Assembly: GCA_963844715.1 (NCBI GenBank)
Contig: CAWJPJ010000006.1
Span: forward strand, 256,001 to 320,000
Direction of reading: 5' to 3'
Source: an uncultured Phycisphaerales bacterium
Lineage (GTDB): Bacteria; Planctomycetota; Phycisphaerae; Tepidisphaerales; Tepidisphaeraceae
DNA: 64,000 nt
Shown: piece by piece, positions 49,743-60,286 of the stretch
Layout: each line of letters opens with the position of its first letter
Position numbering within the stretch: position 1 is the first letter of the stretch
The notes under the pieces: generated by a model
What the model saw: only the letters and a program-made list of their open reading frames with translations
Told to the model about the DNA's origin: nothing
The model's database searches: none
Made by a program: the position numbers and the translations under genes

Positions 49743-50855
49743 ATGGTGCTGACCATACTGCGAGCGTTGTTCGTCCTGCTCATGGCTGCCGTGGGCTGGC
49801 ACTTCGTCACTCAGCAGACGGCCATCTTCGCCGATCAATACAACTGGCTCGCCCTGACCGCCACCCTCACGGTCGGCGTGCTCATCGTCTGCGTCGATAT
49901 CCTCTCCCCGCGCCGAAAATTGGCCGTCTTTTCCGGAACTTTCCTGGGCTTGATCGTCGGCATGCTCATCAGCTTCGGGTTCAGCTTCATCGTCGCCTTG
50001 TTGGTCGATCGCTTTGCCACCTCCTTCGCCCAGGAGCAAAAATCCCTCCTGGCCGAAGACATCAACATCGTCATCGGCGTGATCTTCTCCTACCTCGCGA
50101 TCAGTTTCATCCTGCAAAGCAAGGACGATTTCCGCTTCATCATCCCCTACGTCGAATTCGCCCGCCAGACCAAGGGGACTCGCCCCACGCTTCTCGATAC
50201 CAGCGTCCTGATCGACGGGCGCATCGCCGACATCGGAGAGACCGGCATTCTCGAAAGCCGCCTCATCGTGCCGCGATTTGTCCTGCGGGAATTACAGACC
50301 GTCGCCGATAGCTCCGACAAGCTCAAGCGCGCGCGCGGCCGCCGCGGCTTGGATGTGCTACAGCGCCTCCAGGGAAACAAGCGGCTCGAAGTCTCTCTCT
50401 ACGACTCCTCCGGCCGAACCCGCAAAGAAAGCGACGATGTCGATTCCCAACTTATGGACCTCGCCGCCGAAATGAACGCTCGCGTCCTGACCAACGATTT
50501 CAACCTGAACAAGGTCGCGAATCTTCGCGGCGTCGACGTCATCAATCTCAATGATCTGGCCAACGCCTTGAAACCCATCGTATTGCCCGGCGAACGGATG
50601 ACCGTCCGCCTCATCAAGTCCGGCGAAGCCCCGGGCCAGGGTGTCGGCTATCTCGAGGACGGCACGATGGTTGTCGTCGAGCAGGGGCGCGGACATTTGA
50701 ACGAGGAAGTCGAGGTCGCTGTCACCAGTGTCATTCAAACCAGCGCCGGAAAAATGATCTTCGGAAAAATGGAAGGCGGCGGCGAAGGCCGCCCCCTCCC
50801 CAGGCCGCGCCCCCAACAGCCTACCCCAACAGATGCCAAGCAACCTTCGACGTGA
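49743..50855 (+). CDS. Membrane PIN/TRAM-domain protein (YacL-like)
   Basis: [41 protein letters not shown]; precedes ispD. Confidence 0.92.
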   Translation: MVLTILRALFVLLMAAVGWHFVTQQTAIFADQYNWLALTATLTVGVLIVCVDILSPRRKLAVFSGTFLGLIVGMLISFGFSFIVALLVDRFATSFAQEQKSLLAEDINIVIGVIFSYLAISFILQSKDDFRFIIPYVEFARQTKGTRPTLLDTSVLIDGRIADIGETGILESRLIVPRFVLRELQTVADSSDKLKRARGRRGLDVLQRLQGNKRLEVSLYDSSGRTRKESDDVDSQLMDLAAEMNARVLTNDFNLNKVANLRGVDVINLNDLANALKPIVLPGERMTVRLIKSGEAPGQGVGYLEDGTMVVVEQGRGHLNEEVEVAVTSVIQTSAGKMIFGKMEGGGEGRPLPRPRPQQPTPTDAKQPST

Positions 50856-50864
50856 TAGTTTTAT

Positions 50865-50974
50865 CCCCTCTCCCCATGTACCCATGGGGAGAGGGCAAGG
50901 GTGAGGGGCGATCTCCGACCGTCGCGCACCGCCCTCACCCTAACCCGCTCCCCGGATTACCGGGGACATGGGAC
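50865..50974. repeat. REP-like double hairpin (CCCTCTCCC..GGGAGAGGG / CCCTCACCC family)
   Basis: cccctctccccatg-tacc-catggggagaggg..gggtgagggg ... ccctcaccctaacccgctcccc. Confidence 0.75.
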
Positions 50975-50991
50975 GATGCCGTTTCATCGCG

Positions 50992-51693
50992 ATGCCCCAA
51001 CCCATGTCAGATTTCGCAGTCATCATCCCAGCAGCAGGCAGTTCCAGCCGATTCGGCGGCACCGTCAACAAACTCCTCCAAACGCTCGGCGACCGCCCGG
51101 TTCTCGCCTGGACTCTGTCGCGATTCGCCCCGCGCGCGGACGTGCGCGAGATCATCGTCGCCTGCAACGACGCCGACTCCGTGGGCAATTGCGCGAATTG
51201 GCTCGACCCTTCGCTGCGCGACAAAGTCCGCATCTCCCCCGGCGGAACATGCCGCTCCGATAGTGTCCGCGTCGCTTTGTTGGCCACGTCACCGGATATC
51301 GAATGGGTCGCCGTCCACGATGCCGCACGCCCCCTTGCCCCCAGGGAGATGATCGACCGCACCTTTGCCGCCGCCCTGCAGTATGGCGCCGCGGCCACCG
51401 CCCTCGCGGCGCATTTAACGATTAAACAAGCGTTTGCGCCCCTCCCGGCAAAAGTCCTCCGTACCCTCCCGCGCCGGGAGCTGTGGGCCATGCAAACACC
51501 TCAGGCCATGCGCCGCCGCGACCTCCTGGAAGCCTATTCCGCGTGCAAAATTCCGCTGGAAGAGATCACCGACGACGTCCAGTTGCTGGAACTGGCCGGT
51601 AAAAATGTCTATCTCGTCCAAGGGGACGAAAAAAACCTCAAGATCACAACAGCGCTTGATTTACAAATCGCGCGGATCTTAATGGAATCCTGA
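50992..51693 (+). CDS. ispD: 2-C-methyl-D-erythritol 4-phosphate cytidylyltransferase
   Basis: IPAAGSSSRFG, GGTCRSDSV, VHDAARP, QTPQ, TDD, NLKITT. Confidence 0.92.
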   Translation: MPQPMSDFAVIIPAAGSSSRFGGTVNKLLQTLGDRPVLAWTLSRFAPRADVREIIVACNDADSVGNCANWLDPSLRDKVRISPGGTCRSDSVRVALLATSPDIEWVAVHDAARPLAPREMIDRTFAAALQYGAAATALAAHLTIKQAFAPLPAKVLRTLPRRELWAMQTPQAMRRRDLLEAYSACKIPLEEITDDVQLLELAGKNVYLVQGDEKNLKITTALDLQIARILMES

Positions 51694-51827
51694 AGGTCCG
51701 TACCAATATGGACCGATCAAGATTTTTGTCCGGTTGTCTTCGCGCCCGGCTGCGGTAACTTTACCGGACGTGTAAAATGCGCAGAATGCTCGCAGCCGCC
51801 GCTCAACTAAAAGAATAGGTCCAGGTC

Positions 51828-54407
51828 ATGGCAGACTTGTTTACCCCCAATCTCAAAACATTCCAGGTATTCCCCAACGTCCCCGCATCGCTTCTCCCTT
51901 TGCTGGAGATGGCGAACAACCTCTGGTGGGTCTGGCACCCCGATGCCGTGGAACTTTTCCGTCGGCTCGATCGCCAGCTCTGGCATGAGGTCTATCACAA
52001 CCCCGTGAAACTCCTTGGCGCCATCGATCAGAAGCGCCTCGCCGACGTCGCCAACGACGAGGGGTATCTCGCCCATCTCGATCGCGTCTACGCCGCCTTC
52101 AAGCAGCACCTCGCCGAAACCGGCTGGTTTGGTAAAACCCATCCGCAAGCCGACCCCAAGGCGCCGCTCCTCACCGCCTACTTCTCCGCGGAATTCGGCC
52201 TCCACGAATCCCTGCCGATTTATTCCGGCGGTTTGGGCGTCCTCGCCGGCGATCATCTCAAAAGCGCCAGCGAAATCTGCCTCCCCCTCGTCGGCATGGG
52301 ACTCCTCTATCGGAACGGCTATTTCCAACAGTATCTATTGGCCGACGGCTGGCAGCAGGAAGCCTATCCCGAACTCGACTTTTACAACCTTCCCATCGAG
52401 CCCATGAAATACACGGACGGCTCGCCCGTCAACGTCCGCGTCGATCTTCCTGACAACGCCGTCTTCTGCAAAGTCTGGCGCGCGAAGGTCGGCCGCATCC
52501 CCCTCTATCTGCTCGACACCAATCTCCCCGAAAACGCGCCCGCCGATCGCGACATCACCAGCAAACTCTACGGCGGCGGCACTGAGACGCGCATCAAGCA
52601 GGAAATCGTCCTCGGCATCGGCGGCATCCGCGCCCTCGAAGCGCTCGGAATTACGCCAACCGTCTTCCACATGAATGAAGGCCACAGCGCCTTCCTCGCC
52701 CTCGAGCGCATTCGCGTCCTCCTCGAAAACAGCCCGCTGACTTTCGACGAAGCGCGCCAGCAGGTCATGGCCACCAACGTCTTCACGACCCACACGCCTG
52801 TCCCCGCCGGGATCGACACCTTCTCGCCGGACATGATGACCAAGTATTTCAAAAATTATTATGCCGGCCTGAAGCTCAACGAAGAGGGCTTCCTGGCACT
52901 CGGCCGCGAGGAGGTAACCAACAATAAGCAGGGCTTTTCCATGGCCGTGCTGGCCATTCGCCTCGCCGACAGCGTCAACGGCGTCAGCAAACTGCACGGC
53001 GAGGTCAGCCGCAAAATGTGGCACAACATCTGGCCCCAGGTCCCGCCCGACGAGGTGCCTATCACGACTGTCACCAACGGCATTCACGTCCGCTCCTGGC
53101 TCGCCCCCGATATGGGCTTTATTCTCGACCGCTATCTCAGCACCAAATGGCAGACCGACCCGGCCGATCAATCCGTCTGGGAAGGCGTCTCCCAAATCCC
53201 CGACGAGGAACTCTGGCGCAGCCATGAGCGCTGCCGCGAACGTCTCGTCGGCTGGGTGCGAACGGTTCTGAAAGACCAACTCACCCGCCGCGGCGCCTCC
53301 TTTGACGACATCGCCATCGCCGACGAAGTTCTCGATCCCGAGGCCCTCACCATCGGCTTCGCCAGGCGATTCGCCGGCTACAAGCGCGCGGCCCTCATTC
53401 TGCGCGATCCCGCCCGCCTGCAAAGAATCCTCGAAGAGGCCAAACGCCCGATTCAATTTATCTTTGCCGGCAAGGCCCACCCGGCCGACCACGAAGGCAA
53501 GGAACTCATCAAAGCCCTCGTGAACTTCGCGCGCATGCCCTCGATGCGCCGGCGGTTTGTCTTTGTCGAAAATTACGACATCAACATCGCCCGCATGCTC
53601 GTCCAGGGCGTTGACGTCTGGCTCAACACCCCGCGCCGCGGCATGGAAGCCAGCGGAACCAGCGGCATGAAAGCCGTCGCCAACGGCGTCCTCAATTGCT
53701 CCATCCTCGACGGCTGGTGGGTTGAAGGGTATGCCCCCGACTTAGGCTGGGCCATCGGTCGCGGCGAGACCTACACCGATTACAACGTCCAGGACCAGCT
53801 CGAAAGCCACGCCCTCTATGACCTGCTCGAAAAGCAGATCGTGCCCCTCTTCTACAAGCGGGCCGCCGACAACATTCCGCGCGACTGGATCGCCCGCATG
53901 AAAAATTGCATGCGCAAGCTCGCCCCGGTCTTCAATACCAACCGAATGGTGCGGGAATACACGGAGAAGTTCTATCTCCCCGCCGACAAGCGCGGCCGCA
54001 CCCTCGCCGCCAACGGCCTACAACGCGCCGTCGCCCTCTCCCATATCAAGGACAAACTTCGCCAACGCTGGGGCGGCATCCGAATCGTGGGCGTCCACAG
54101 CAGCGGCAACGGCCACTACCACGTCGGCGACGACATGACCGTCGAAGCCCTCGTCGATCTCCCCGACGTCGATCCCAACGACATCACCGTCCAGCTCTAC
54201 GCCGGCCCGATCACCGCCACCGGTGAGGTCGGAGAGGCCCAGGTCCTCAACATGGCCCACTCCAAGGCGATCGCCAACAATCGCCACATGTACAGCGGCA
54301 CCATCGCCTGCAAAGCCAGCGGCCGCCAAGGCTTCGCCGTAAGGGTTCTCCCCGGTAACGCCGACCTGGCTACTCCGTTCGAGCCGGGCTTGATCGTTTG
54401 GAATTAG
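51828..54407 (+). CDS. glgP: Alpha-glucan phosphorylase
   Basis: YFSAEFG..YSGGLG, HMNEGH, FARRF..YKR, EASGTSGMK. Confidence 0.96.
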   Translation: MADLFTPNLKTFQVFPNVPASLLPLLEMANNLWWVWHPDAVELFRRLDRQLWHEVYHNPVKLLGAIDQKRLADVANDEGYLAHLDRVYAAFKQHLAETGWFGKTHPQADPKAPLLTAYFSAEFGLHESLPIYSGGLGVLAGDHLKSASEICLPLVGMGLLYRNGYFQQYLLADGWQQEAYPELDFYNLPIEPMKYTDGSPVNVRVDLPDNAVFCKVWRAKVGRIPLYLLDTNLPENAPADRDITSKLYGGGTETRIKQEIVLGIGGIRALEALGITPTVFHMNEGHSAFLALERIRVLLENSPLTFDEARQQVMATNVFTTHTPVPAGIDTFSPDMMTKYFKNYYAGLKLNEEGFLALGREEVTNNKQGFSMAVLAIRLADSVNGVSKLHGEVSRKMWHNIWPQVPPDEVPITTVTNGIHVRSWLAPDMGFILDRYLSTKWQTDPADQSVWEGVSQIPDEELWRSHERCRERLVGWVRTVLKDQLTRRGASFDDIAIADEVLDPEALTIGFARRFAGYKRAALILRDPARLQRILEEAKRPIQFIFAGKAHPADHEGKELIKALVNFARMPSMRRRFVFVENYDINIARMLVQGVDVWLNTPRRGMEASGTSGMKAVANGVLNCSILDGWWVEGYAPDLGWAIGRGETYTDYNVQDQLESHALYDLLEKQIVPLFYKRAADNIPRDWIARMKNCMRKLAPVFNTNRMVREYTEKFYLPADKRGRTLAANGLQRAVALSHIKDKLRQRWGGIRIVGVHSSGNGHYHVGDDMTVEALVDLPDVDPNDITVQLYAGPITATGEVGEAQVLNMAHSKAIANNRHMYSGTIACKASGRQGFAVRVLPGNADLATPFEPGLIVWN

Positions 54408-54593
54408 ATTTACCGCGACGCCGGGGTGATGTTGCGGGAAAAAGCTAACCGCCGGATGCCAAGACGGCGAAGTAAACTCATATTTTACCCTTCGCTCTCT
54501 TCGGGTCGAGGTGGTTTTACCGTCTGATTGCCCGCCTTTACAAACTGAGCTTAATCCATAGACTTTCCGACCTTACTTCAAGGAGAACCAGTC

Positions 54594-54875
54594 GTGGCCC
54601 ATTCACTGTCGGCAAAGAAGAGAATCCGCCAATCGATCAAGCGCCGGGCCCGCAATCGGGCTCGCAAGGAAGTGCTCAAAGACCAGGTCAAGACGTTTCT
54701 AGGCGCCCTGGGAGGGGATTTAGCCAAGGCCGAGACGGAACTGCGCAAGACCGTGTCGAGGCTGGACAAGGTCGCCTCCAAGCACACCATTCACAAGAAC
54801 ACCGCCTCGCGCCGGCGAAGCCGCCTCACCCGGCGTCTCAACGCCGCCAAGGCCGCCGCTGCCGCCAAAAAATAG
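54594..54875 (+). CDS. rpsT: 30S ribosomal protein S20
   Basis: MAHSLSAKKRIRQS..RN..IHKNTASRRRSRL. Confidence 0.96.
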   Translation: MAHSLSAKKRIRQSIKRRARNRARKEVLKDQVKTFLGALGGDLAKAETELRKTVSRLDKVASKHTIHKNTASRRRSRLTRRLNAAKAAAAAKK

Positions 54876-54886
54876 CGCGGTGCGCC

Positions 54887-56560
54887 ATGTCCGAAGCCTC
54901 CCTGATGGAACAAATCGTCTCCCTCGCCAAACGCCGAGGCTTCGTCTACCCCGCCAGCGAAATCTACGGCGGCATCAACGGCTTCTGGGATTACGGGCCC
55001 CTAGGCGTCCTCCTCAAAAACAACATTCGAGATTCGTGGTGGCGCGAAATGGTCGAGTGTCCACCCATCGGACCAGATGGTCATCCGATCGATATGGTCG
55101 GGATTGATACGGCGATCATCCAAAATCCCAAGACATGGGTCGCCAGCGGACATGCCGCAGGCTTCAGCGACCCAATGGTGGATGATAAGGAAACGAAGCA
55201 ACGGTTCCGCGCCGATCAATTGTATGGGGCATACCAGGGTCGAGAAAATGACCCGCAACTACTGCTGCAAATCGGGGCTGGCGATCTGATGCCCGTGTTC
55301 ACGTTTGTCGCCACTGGTGCGTCAGAGGCTACTGCTGGGCTTATTAATGCGCATCGGCACGGCAACAAGATGATGCTTGAGAAGGGCGAGGTGAATCTTT
55401 CCCTGGGTCTGCCCACGACCCAGGTAACATTGCGAAATATAAAAACGGGCGAGGCCGAGACGTGGTGGCTGGTTGGAATTCCACTCAAATTCATAGAGGA
55501 GCATTACGGAAGCCTCCCAAGTCCCTTTAATCAAAAGAAGGGAACGCTCACGGCACCACGAGCATTCAACCTCATGTTCATTACCTACGTGGGGGCCATA
55601 CAAAATGAGGAATCAAAAGCTTATCTCCGTCCCGAAACGGCTCAGGGGATTTTTCTTAATTTCAAAAACGTCATCGACACGACGCGCGTGCGGGTTCCGT
55701 TTGGCGTGGCGCAGATTGGGAAAAGCTTTCGCAACGAAGTGACGCCGCGGAATTTCATTTTTCGGTCTCGGGAATTCGAGCAGATGGAGATGGAATTCTT
55801 CTGTCATCCGGACGAATCCGCGAAATGGTACGAATTTTGGAAAGATCAGCGCATGAAATGGTGGCGGTCGCTGGGAGTGGCCGAGGGCAATTTGCGCTTT
55901 CGCGATCATGCGAAAGACGAACTGAGCCATTATTCGAAGATGACGGTGGATATCGAATACAAATATCCGTTCACCGCGCCCGATTTTGGGGAACTTGAAG
56001 GGATCGCGCATCGCGGCGAATTTGATCTCACTCAGCATTCCAAACACTCGGGGCAAAAACTCGATTATTTCGATCAGGAGTTGCAGCTGAAACTCAAAGA
56101 GCAGGGGGCCGCCGAAGGTGTGATCAAGGCGAAGAGCCGATACATTCCCAACGTGATTGAGCCCGCCAGCGGGCTTACGCGCGCGGTTTTGGTTTTGTTG
56201 TGCGAGGCGTATACGCCGGATGAATCGCGGCCGAGCAAGATGTTCATGAAATTCAAGCCGCAGTTCGCCCCGATCAAATTGGGGATATTTCCGCTGGTGA
56301 ATAAGGACGGAATGCCTGAAATTGCCGAAAAGCTGTACCTCGACCTGCGGCGGCATTTTACGTGCGAATTTGACGCCAAACAGTCGATTGGCAAGCGTTA
56401 TGCCCGTATGGACGAAATTGGAGCGCCATTCTGTCTCACCATCGACGGGCAGACGCTTCAGGACCAAACAGTCACCGTGCGGCACCGCGATTCCATGACG
56501 CAGGAACGAATCTCCATCGATCAATGCAAAACCTACCTTTTAGAGCATTTCCCAAATTAA
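54887..56560 (+). CDS. glyQS: Glycine-tRNA ligase (homodimeric type); last 4 residues supplied by IS630
   Basis: EIYGG..WDYGPLG, YLRPETAQG, IGKSFRNE, FEQMEME, IGKRYARMDEIG. Confidence 0.96.
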   Translation: MSEASLMEQIVSLAKRRGFVYPASEIYGGINGFWDYGPLGVLLKNNIRDSWWREMVECPPIGPDGHPIDMVGIDTAIIQNPKTWVASGHAAGFSDPMVDDKETKQRFRADQLYGAYQGRENDPQLLLQIGAGDLMPVFTFVATGASEATAGLINAHRHGNKMMLEKGEVNLSLGLPTTQVTLRNIKTGEAETWWLVGIPLKFIEEHYGSLPSPFNQKKGTLTAPRAFNLMFITYVGAIQNEESKAYLRPETAQGIFLNFKNVIDTTRVRVPFGVAQIGKSFRNEVTPRNFIFRSREFEQMEMEFFCHPDESAKWYEFWKDQRMKWWRSLGVAEGNLRFRDHAKDELSHYSKMTVDIEYKYPFTAPDFGELEGIAHRGEFDLTQHSKHSGQKLDYFDQELQLKLKEQGAAEGVIKAKSRYIPNVIEPASGLTRAVLVLLCEAYTPDESRPSKMFMKFKPQFAPIKLGIFPLVNKDGMPEIAEKLYLDLRRHFTCEFDAKQSIGKRYARMDEIGAPFCLTIDGQTLQDQTVTVRHRDSMTQERISIDQCKTYLLEHFPN

Positions 56561-57568
56561 ACTAGCGGCTGGCGGTAACCGCAATGGCGGAAAAATCCCG
56601 CGGCATCTTCGGTCGTAACGGCGTCCATTGCCGCGAACACAGCCCGGACCAAGGTGTCGAACGTTCTGGGCTCCGCCGAGCGGATCAGTTGCTTCGCTTT
56701 GCTCCACATCATCTCGATCGGATTCAAATCCGGCGAGTAGGGTGGCAGCAACCACAGTTCGCAGCCGGCGGCTTCGATCAGGCGTCGCACTTCTGAATGT
56801 TTGTGCGGCTGCAAATTGTCCATCACCACGATGTCCCCGCTTCGCAGGCTGGGCACGAGCGCTTCACGCACCCAGGCGACAAAAACATCGCTGTCCATCG
56901 CCCCTTGAACAATCGCGCCGGCGGTCGCGCCGTCGAGCCGAACCGCGGCGATCATGGTGGTCGTGCTCCAGTGTCCGGCCGGGGTCTTGCACAACAACCG
57001 TTCGCCGCGGCCGCACCGGCCACGCAATCGGGTGAAGTTCGTCTTGGCCCCGGATTCATCCACAAAAACAAGACGCTCGGGATCGACGTCCTTCAGCCGC
57101 CGACGCCACTGCGTCCGCGCGGCGGCGACGTCGGGCCGATCCTGCTCGGACGCGTGGAGAGACTTTTTTTAAAGGAGAGGCCCAGCTTCCTGAGCCAACG
57201 GTCGACCGTCGACAGCGACACGTCCAGCGCCAACTTCTCTTTGATCTCGTTGAGCGTGGCATCCGGCCGGGCGGCCACGAACCGACTCAAACGAGTCTTC
57301 AACTCGCCGGTCAACTTCCCCTTGCGGCCACGAAGATGAAGCAGCGGTTCGGCCGTCCCCCGTTCACGTTCATCCTGTCGCACGCGGCGGACGGCCGACT
57401 CGCATCGGCCGAAGATCGCGGAAATCTCCTTCGTGCCTTTGCCGGCACGATACGCCGACATGATCCATCGACGGGTCAGAGCGGTTTGCGATGCCATGGC
57501 AACCTCCTTGTTGAATCGGAGATTAGCAAAACAGCATCGATGGCGCTAGTTTAAAATGGGAAATGCTC
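56543..57568 (-). mobile_element. IS630-family insertion sequence, copy 2 (apparently identical to copy 1)
   Basis: Same TIRs and ORF translations as copy 1; TA at 56541-56542 and 57569-57570. Confidence 0.95.
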
Positions 57569-57571
57569 TAG

Positions 57572-58946
57572 CAGGACGCTGAAAAACTCGGGAGTTGGCG
57601 CATTTTCCTGTCTGTTGGCCGCTTTTCAATGGCGGGTTCCATCTCGGATCGTTCCAAGGGCTTCAGTTCGTTCGAGTTCGTTGGCGGATTGCATGCCCAG
57701 GTTGAGTTTCACACGGTACTCAGGTTGCGCATCCGGATCAGATTGAACGCCGCCCCGGCCAGGTGGGCCTGCTGGCCGGTTTTTGAATGTCCGATCAACC
57801 GGGTGCGATACAGGCCGCCGATCGTCTTGGCCCAGCCGATCCATTCCTCGATCTTCTTGCGGCAACGCTGGCTGATGGCGTAACCGAGGGTCTTGGCGCA
57901 CCGACGCATCCGCTGGCGGGCCGCGATGTTGGCTCGGTTCTTCCAGCGATAGGCGGCGGTGTCGCCGCCGATCTTGCCCTCCTTCACCGCCACGTGCGGA
58001 CGGATTCTTCTTCGCTCCAGCCCACGCAACAGCGGACCCTGGTCGTACCCCTTGTCGGCCCCAACCGTCTTGGGTTTGAGCCCAAAACGTTTCTTGACCC
58101 GATCGATCAGCGACAACGCGGTGACCGGCTCGCTGTTCTCCAGCGGCGAGTTGACTTCCACCGCCAGCACCAGCCCGTGGCGGTTCTCCACGATCGCGTG
58201 CAGCGCATGGCTGAGCAACGCCGGCTTGCCGTCGCTCTTGCGGACCAGCTTCGCGTCGGAATCGGTGGTTGATTCGTGGGTGTCGTTGGACCGCTTCTGG
58301 CCGTGGAAGTCCACCTCGGCGTTGCGGCCCTTAAAACCGTTGTTATCTCCCGCATCATTGTCTTTTTTGTCCTTTTCATCCCTGGGTTTGAAGCTCTTGA
58401 TCGACGCATACGCCTCGATCAGCGAGCCATCCACCGAGAAGTGGTCGGGGCTGACCAGTCCCGCGGCGATGGCCCGACGCACCGTGCCGTCGAAAAACGC
58501 GCCGATCAGCCCGTGCTCTTCCAGCCGCCCGCGATTGTGCGAGAAGACGGTGGCGTCGAATACCTCTTCGTCGATCCGCAGGTCCAAAAACCAACGGAAC
58601 AGCAGGTCGTGATCAATCCGTTCCACGAGCTGCGCCTCGGAGCGAATCGAATAGATCGATTGCAAAAGCAACGCCTTGATCAGCCGCTCCGGCGGCACGC
58701 TGGGCCGGCCTTCGGCCGCGTAGGCGGCATCAAAACGCCGACTCATGGCCTTCAAGTCTTCATCGACCATGCGCTTCACGGCCCGCAGCGGATGATCAGG
58801 ACGGACGCGTTGTTCCAGATCGATGGCCGCGATGAACAAAATGGATTGGGGATCGGCCTTGCCTCGCATGAATGACCTCCGTGTCTGGGTGTCACACAGT
58901 TCAGCGCCACCGAGAACATTCGTCAAGAGGGTTTTTCAGCGTCCTG
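57572..58946 (-). mobile_element. IS5-family insertion sequence
   Basis: Perfect 16-bp TIR CAGGACGCTGAAAAAC; CTAG duplicated at 57568-57571 and 58947-58950; transposase 57709-58869 (GRPSVPPERL, SVDGS, ADKGY, RKKIEE). Confidence 0.92.
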
Positions 58947-59048
58947 CTAGAGCGCCTCCAAGTGTAAAATAGGGGTTGTCGAACCCTTTTCGATTGGGCG
59001 TGGGACGAGACGCAACAATCCGTGCGCTCAAGCGTTTAAGAGTTCGAT

Positions 59049-60195
59049 ATGAGGCGAAGGCGGCTCGATTTGACAGCTCCGCAGCTTCCGACTTCCGATC
59101 AGTTGGATATTCTTGCGTTGGAACCGTTTTACGGCGGGGCCCGCAAGGCGATGCTGGAAACTCTCATCCGGCATAGCCGGCATCGCTGGACGCTTCTCAA
59201 GCTTCCGCCGCGACGAATGGAGCGGCGGCTTACGGCGGCGGCGAATTGGTTCGCCGAGCAACTTTCGCGGCATTGGGTGGGGCGGGTCGATCTCCTCTTT
59301 TGCAGCGAAGCGCTCAATCTGGCGGATTTGGTTCGGCTGCTGCCGGATGTGGAGAAGAAGCCGTCGGTTGTTTACTTCCATGACAATCAACTGCCGGACC
59401 CGCCGCCGGTGAAGATCAGCGCGCGGGATGTGGTGAACCTGGCAACCGCGCAGGTGGCGACGGAACTTTGGTTCAATACGTCCTGGCATTTGAATCACTT
59501 CGCGCGTCGGGCGTCGGCCCTGATGCGGAGACATCCGGATATTTCGACCGACGATCCGGTGCCGCTGATTCTGAGCAAGGCGCGGCTGATGCCGCCGCCG
59601 ATCGATCTGACGGCTACCGGGGATATCTCATCGTTCAGCAATCTCGAGCGGCGGAAGCAGATGATCTTCGTCGAGACGCGCGACACCGATCTGCGGCTGC
59701 TCAACGACGGGCTGCATCTGCTGCGGAATCGCGGGGAGAAATTCGATCTGGTGACGGTGGGGCCGGTGAAGGAATTGTCGGCCGAGTTCGCCCGGACGGC
59801 GCTCCCGGAATGGGACGAATACGCCCACACGGCCGCGATGTTCCAGACGGATGTGTTCCTCAGCGCCCGCCGGGCGGCGACGCTGGATCACAGCGCGGTT
59901 CGGGCGGTCTTCAGCGCATTGCTGGCCGGTGGTTCCGGCGGATGGGTTTTATCCGGAGATCATTCCGGAGAGTCTGCAGGAGCGGTGCCTTTACGATGGG
60001 ACGCCGGATGGGCTGGCGAACTGCATTCAGGATGCGTGGTACATGCAGATGCCGGAGGCGGCGGAGGAGTCCTTGCAGGCTCCTCTGAAGCGGTTTGACG
60101 CGATCTCGAACTGCCTGGCGATGGATGATCGGTTGAGTGAGATAGCCGTGGCGTATGCGATAGCGAACGAGGGGGCGGGGCCGGCGATGGGGTAG
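59049..60195 (+). CDS. DUF3524 / GTDC1-like glycosyltransferase (frameshift near 59915)
   Basis: ILALEPFYGG..RHSRHRWTLLKLPPR, YFHDNQL, WFNTSWH, C-terminal YPEIIP. Confidence 0.75.
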
Positions 60196-60207
60196 GGTCT
60201 GGCTTCG

Positions 60208-60286
60208 CGGGAGGGTGAGAAGGGTTTGAAGGGTGAGAAGGGTGGGAAAGGTGAGAAGGGTGGGGAGGGTGTGAAGGGGTAGGGGG
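60208..60286 (+). repeat. G-rich 9-mer tandem repeat (AGGGTGAGA-like)
   Basis: gagggtgagaagggtttgaagggtgagaagggtgggaaaggtgagaagggtggggagggtgtgaagggg. Confidence 0.8.

Noticed and set aside
55220..55510. Intein in GlyRS
   Set aside because: No N-terminal Cys/Ser block, no His-Asn end and no endonuclease motifs.
46491..57568. Composite transposon formed by the two direct IS630 copies
   Set aside because: Each copy has its own intact target context (repeat arms around copy 1, glyQS tail beyond copy 2) and the enclosed genes are core, so these are independent insertions.
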